Shown: positions 62,215 to 64,000 of the stretch, piece by piece
How the letters are laid out: each line of letters begins with the position of its first letter
Position numbering within the stretch: the stretch's first letter is position 1
DNA from: Ramazzottius varieornatus
Taxonomy: Eukaryota; Animalia; Tardigrada
Assembly (NCBI GenBank): GCA_001949185.1
Contig: BDGG01000004.1
Coordinates: 955,620 to 1,019,619, forward strand
Direction of reading: 5' to 3'
Length of the DNA: 64,000 bases
The notes under the pieces: generated by a model
Seen by the model: only the letters and a program-made list of their open reading frames with translations
Databases searched by the model: none
Told to the model about the DNA's origin: nothing
Made by a program: the position numbers and the translations under genes

Positions 62215-63734
62215 CTAATTAGTGACTCGCTTCTTAGCTGCAGCCGGCACGAGTGATGGCCTTTTTTTCGGCGTTAGTTTGACTGTTATTACCTTGGGAT
62301 TAGGCTTGCTTTTGGGCTTACTTAGTGGTCTTGAGCTGTTTCGCCAGTTCGAAGTGACGTGGGCGCCATCCCACTTCCTAGCTATTCTCAAGAGCGCCCT
62401 TCTTCGAGCTATGAGTTCCGGGTCATCACTTTCTTCTTCGTCTATTACGGGAGATGGTGGTGACACCGCTAACTGCTCAGGTGTACCGTTCGTGGGAAGA
62501 CCAACGGGCGCTGCGGCAGCTTTCGAACCGCTCAGAGGAGCTCGTGAGCTGAAGTTGAAAGACCCAGGTTTGCGAGCAGCATCTGTACTGCCCCTCGCTG
62601 CGTTCGTCCGCGACGGAGGCCTGAAAAACGCAAAATGACATGCAGACTTTAGATGGTGTCATTTCGAGCACTAATGTATTACTGTAAGTCAGTATCGACG
62701 TCGTAGCCGTCGTTCTCCAGCAATGTTCGCAAGACCACGTTCGCTGTTTGTGCAGGGGGAACAAAGTCTTGAAGGAAGTACAACGACGTGAAGTGCTGGG
62801 CGACGTAGGACAAGTCTTCGTAGTCGACCACTGTCCGCGGAGATGCAGAGCGCTGTGCGTGACGATAGGCTTCCTGAATGAAGGTCCGAATGAAGTGCTC
62901 CATAGCGATAGAAACTGCTTTCACTGATGGGTGACTGATGCGAATATCGTGTAGGGAAGTCACATGCGCCATAATACGGCGCATTTGCTTGGGCGAAAAG
63001 AACGTTGTCGGAACTGGAACGACACTGGCGTTCTTCTGGGGCTTCTTGTCGAAAACTTCTTCCACTTCTTTCTTCTCAACTTCAGGTGTCTGCAAATGAA
63101 GTACGATCTAAGTTATGTCCTGCAGCTCATATGGATGTGGAGGGTCCATTCTTGACCATGCTTACTGATTCTTCGTCGACGTCTGGCTTGACTTCTTCCT
63201 CAGCTATTTTTGCAGCAAGATGGCTGCTCAGTACACCTGCAGATGCAGCAATCTTGGCCAGATCAGGCAATTTCCGAGGCGGAGGAACAAAGTGTGTGGG
63301 GTGGTCGCGGATCAGTTGGTCGATTTCATCGACAGTAAGGCTTGTGTCACCAGGAGTATTGGACGTTTCCGAAGAATCAGAGTCGTCTACTGTTGAATCT
63401 GTGAACGAACAGAAGGTACTAGCATATCACTGATTCCAGCAGAGGTAGTCGTCAGTTTGGGAATGAAAATACCATCATCATCGTCCTCCATTGTCGTGTC
63501 TTTCTCGTCGGATTCGCTTTCGCCGGATGTCGCGGACCTTTGGGCATTCGGACGGGCCTCTTCCTCACTCTCGTCGCTGCTTTCCGTCTTCTCCTCGCGG
63601 TCATCATCGTCCATTAGTACATCATCGTCGTCGCTTTCTTCGTTGGTGCGTGGTATTCCAGTGCCCCGATTCGAGCTGTCGTCCACTCTCCCTTCAGCCT
63701 GACGCGGCGACTTCGGTCCGGGAGATCTGTTCAT
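62215..63734 (-). CDS. H2A-like histone-fold protein (CHRAC1/POLE4/NF-YC class) with long acidic N-terminal and basic C-terminal extensions
   Basis: FSPKQMRRIM...ISHPSVKAVSIAMEHFIRTFIQEAY...TVVDYEDLSYVAQ...YFLQDFVP. Four exons (63734-63473, 63389-63166, 63089-62683, 62620-62215) join in phase. The start codon is inferred. Confidence 0.7.
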
Positions 63735-64000
63735 CTTCAAAGTTCTCTCCTGTGACCTGCGAGAATCGGGATGCTTCCGAAGTTCCAGGTTCCCATGAAC
63801 AAACCTAAAGATAAAGAACAAACCTACAGACAGCGCGCATTCACGAGTCACAACAGGAGAGCATAGATTGCCATAGAAGATCATTCAAAAAATAGATGAT
63901 CACCTCGCTGCCCCGGGGGATCCGGGAGAGGGTGAGCCATCAAGGCGTTAAGCTCGACTGGGCAGATGCAGGAATCAGCAGGATGGGTCCGTTGCTTGAT

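Overview
Eukaryotic, gene-dense, intron-rich invertebrate DNA. Most introns are short GT-AG introns of about 55-300 nt. The compact layout and moderate GC suggest a tardigrade-like genome, but that is inference only. I reconstructed 12 spliced protein-coding genes by hand: a divergent bHLH factor (-), a PRXamide/CAPA-type neuropeptide GPCR (+), TPRG1L (-), a secreted animal haem peroxidase (-), BAP1/calypso-like UCH (-), TRAPPC11 (+), UNC5 netrin receptor (+, 8.8 kb first intron), TIM44 (-), misato/MSTO1 (+), PMS2 (-) with NudCD3 (+) nested in one of its introns, and ETFB (+). There is also a CHRAC1/POLE4-like histone-fold gene (-) and a probable F-box pseudogene. The strongest non-genic signal is a dispersed family of 14 palindromic elements (about 70-130 bp). 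Each has a conserved inverted core CAAGTGGCGCAC-N25-GTGCGCCACTTG. The spacer length is almost invariant although spacer and arm sequences have diverged, and 11 of 14 copies are intronic. Several protein-motif oddities are also noted. No rRNA, tRNA, CRISPR array or intact transposase was recognised.
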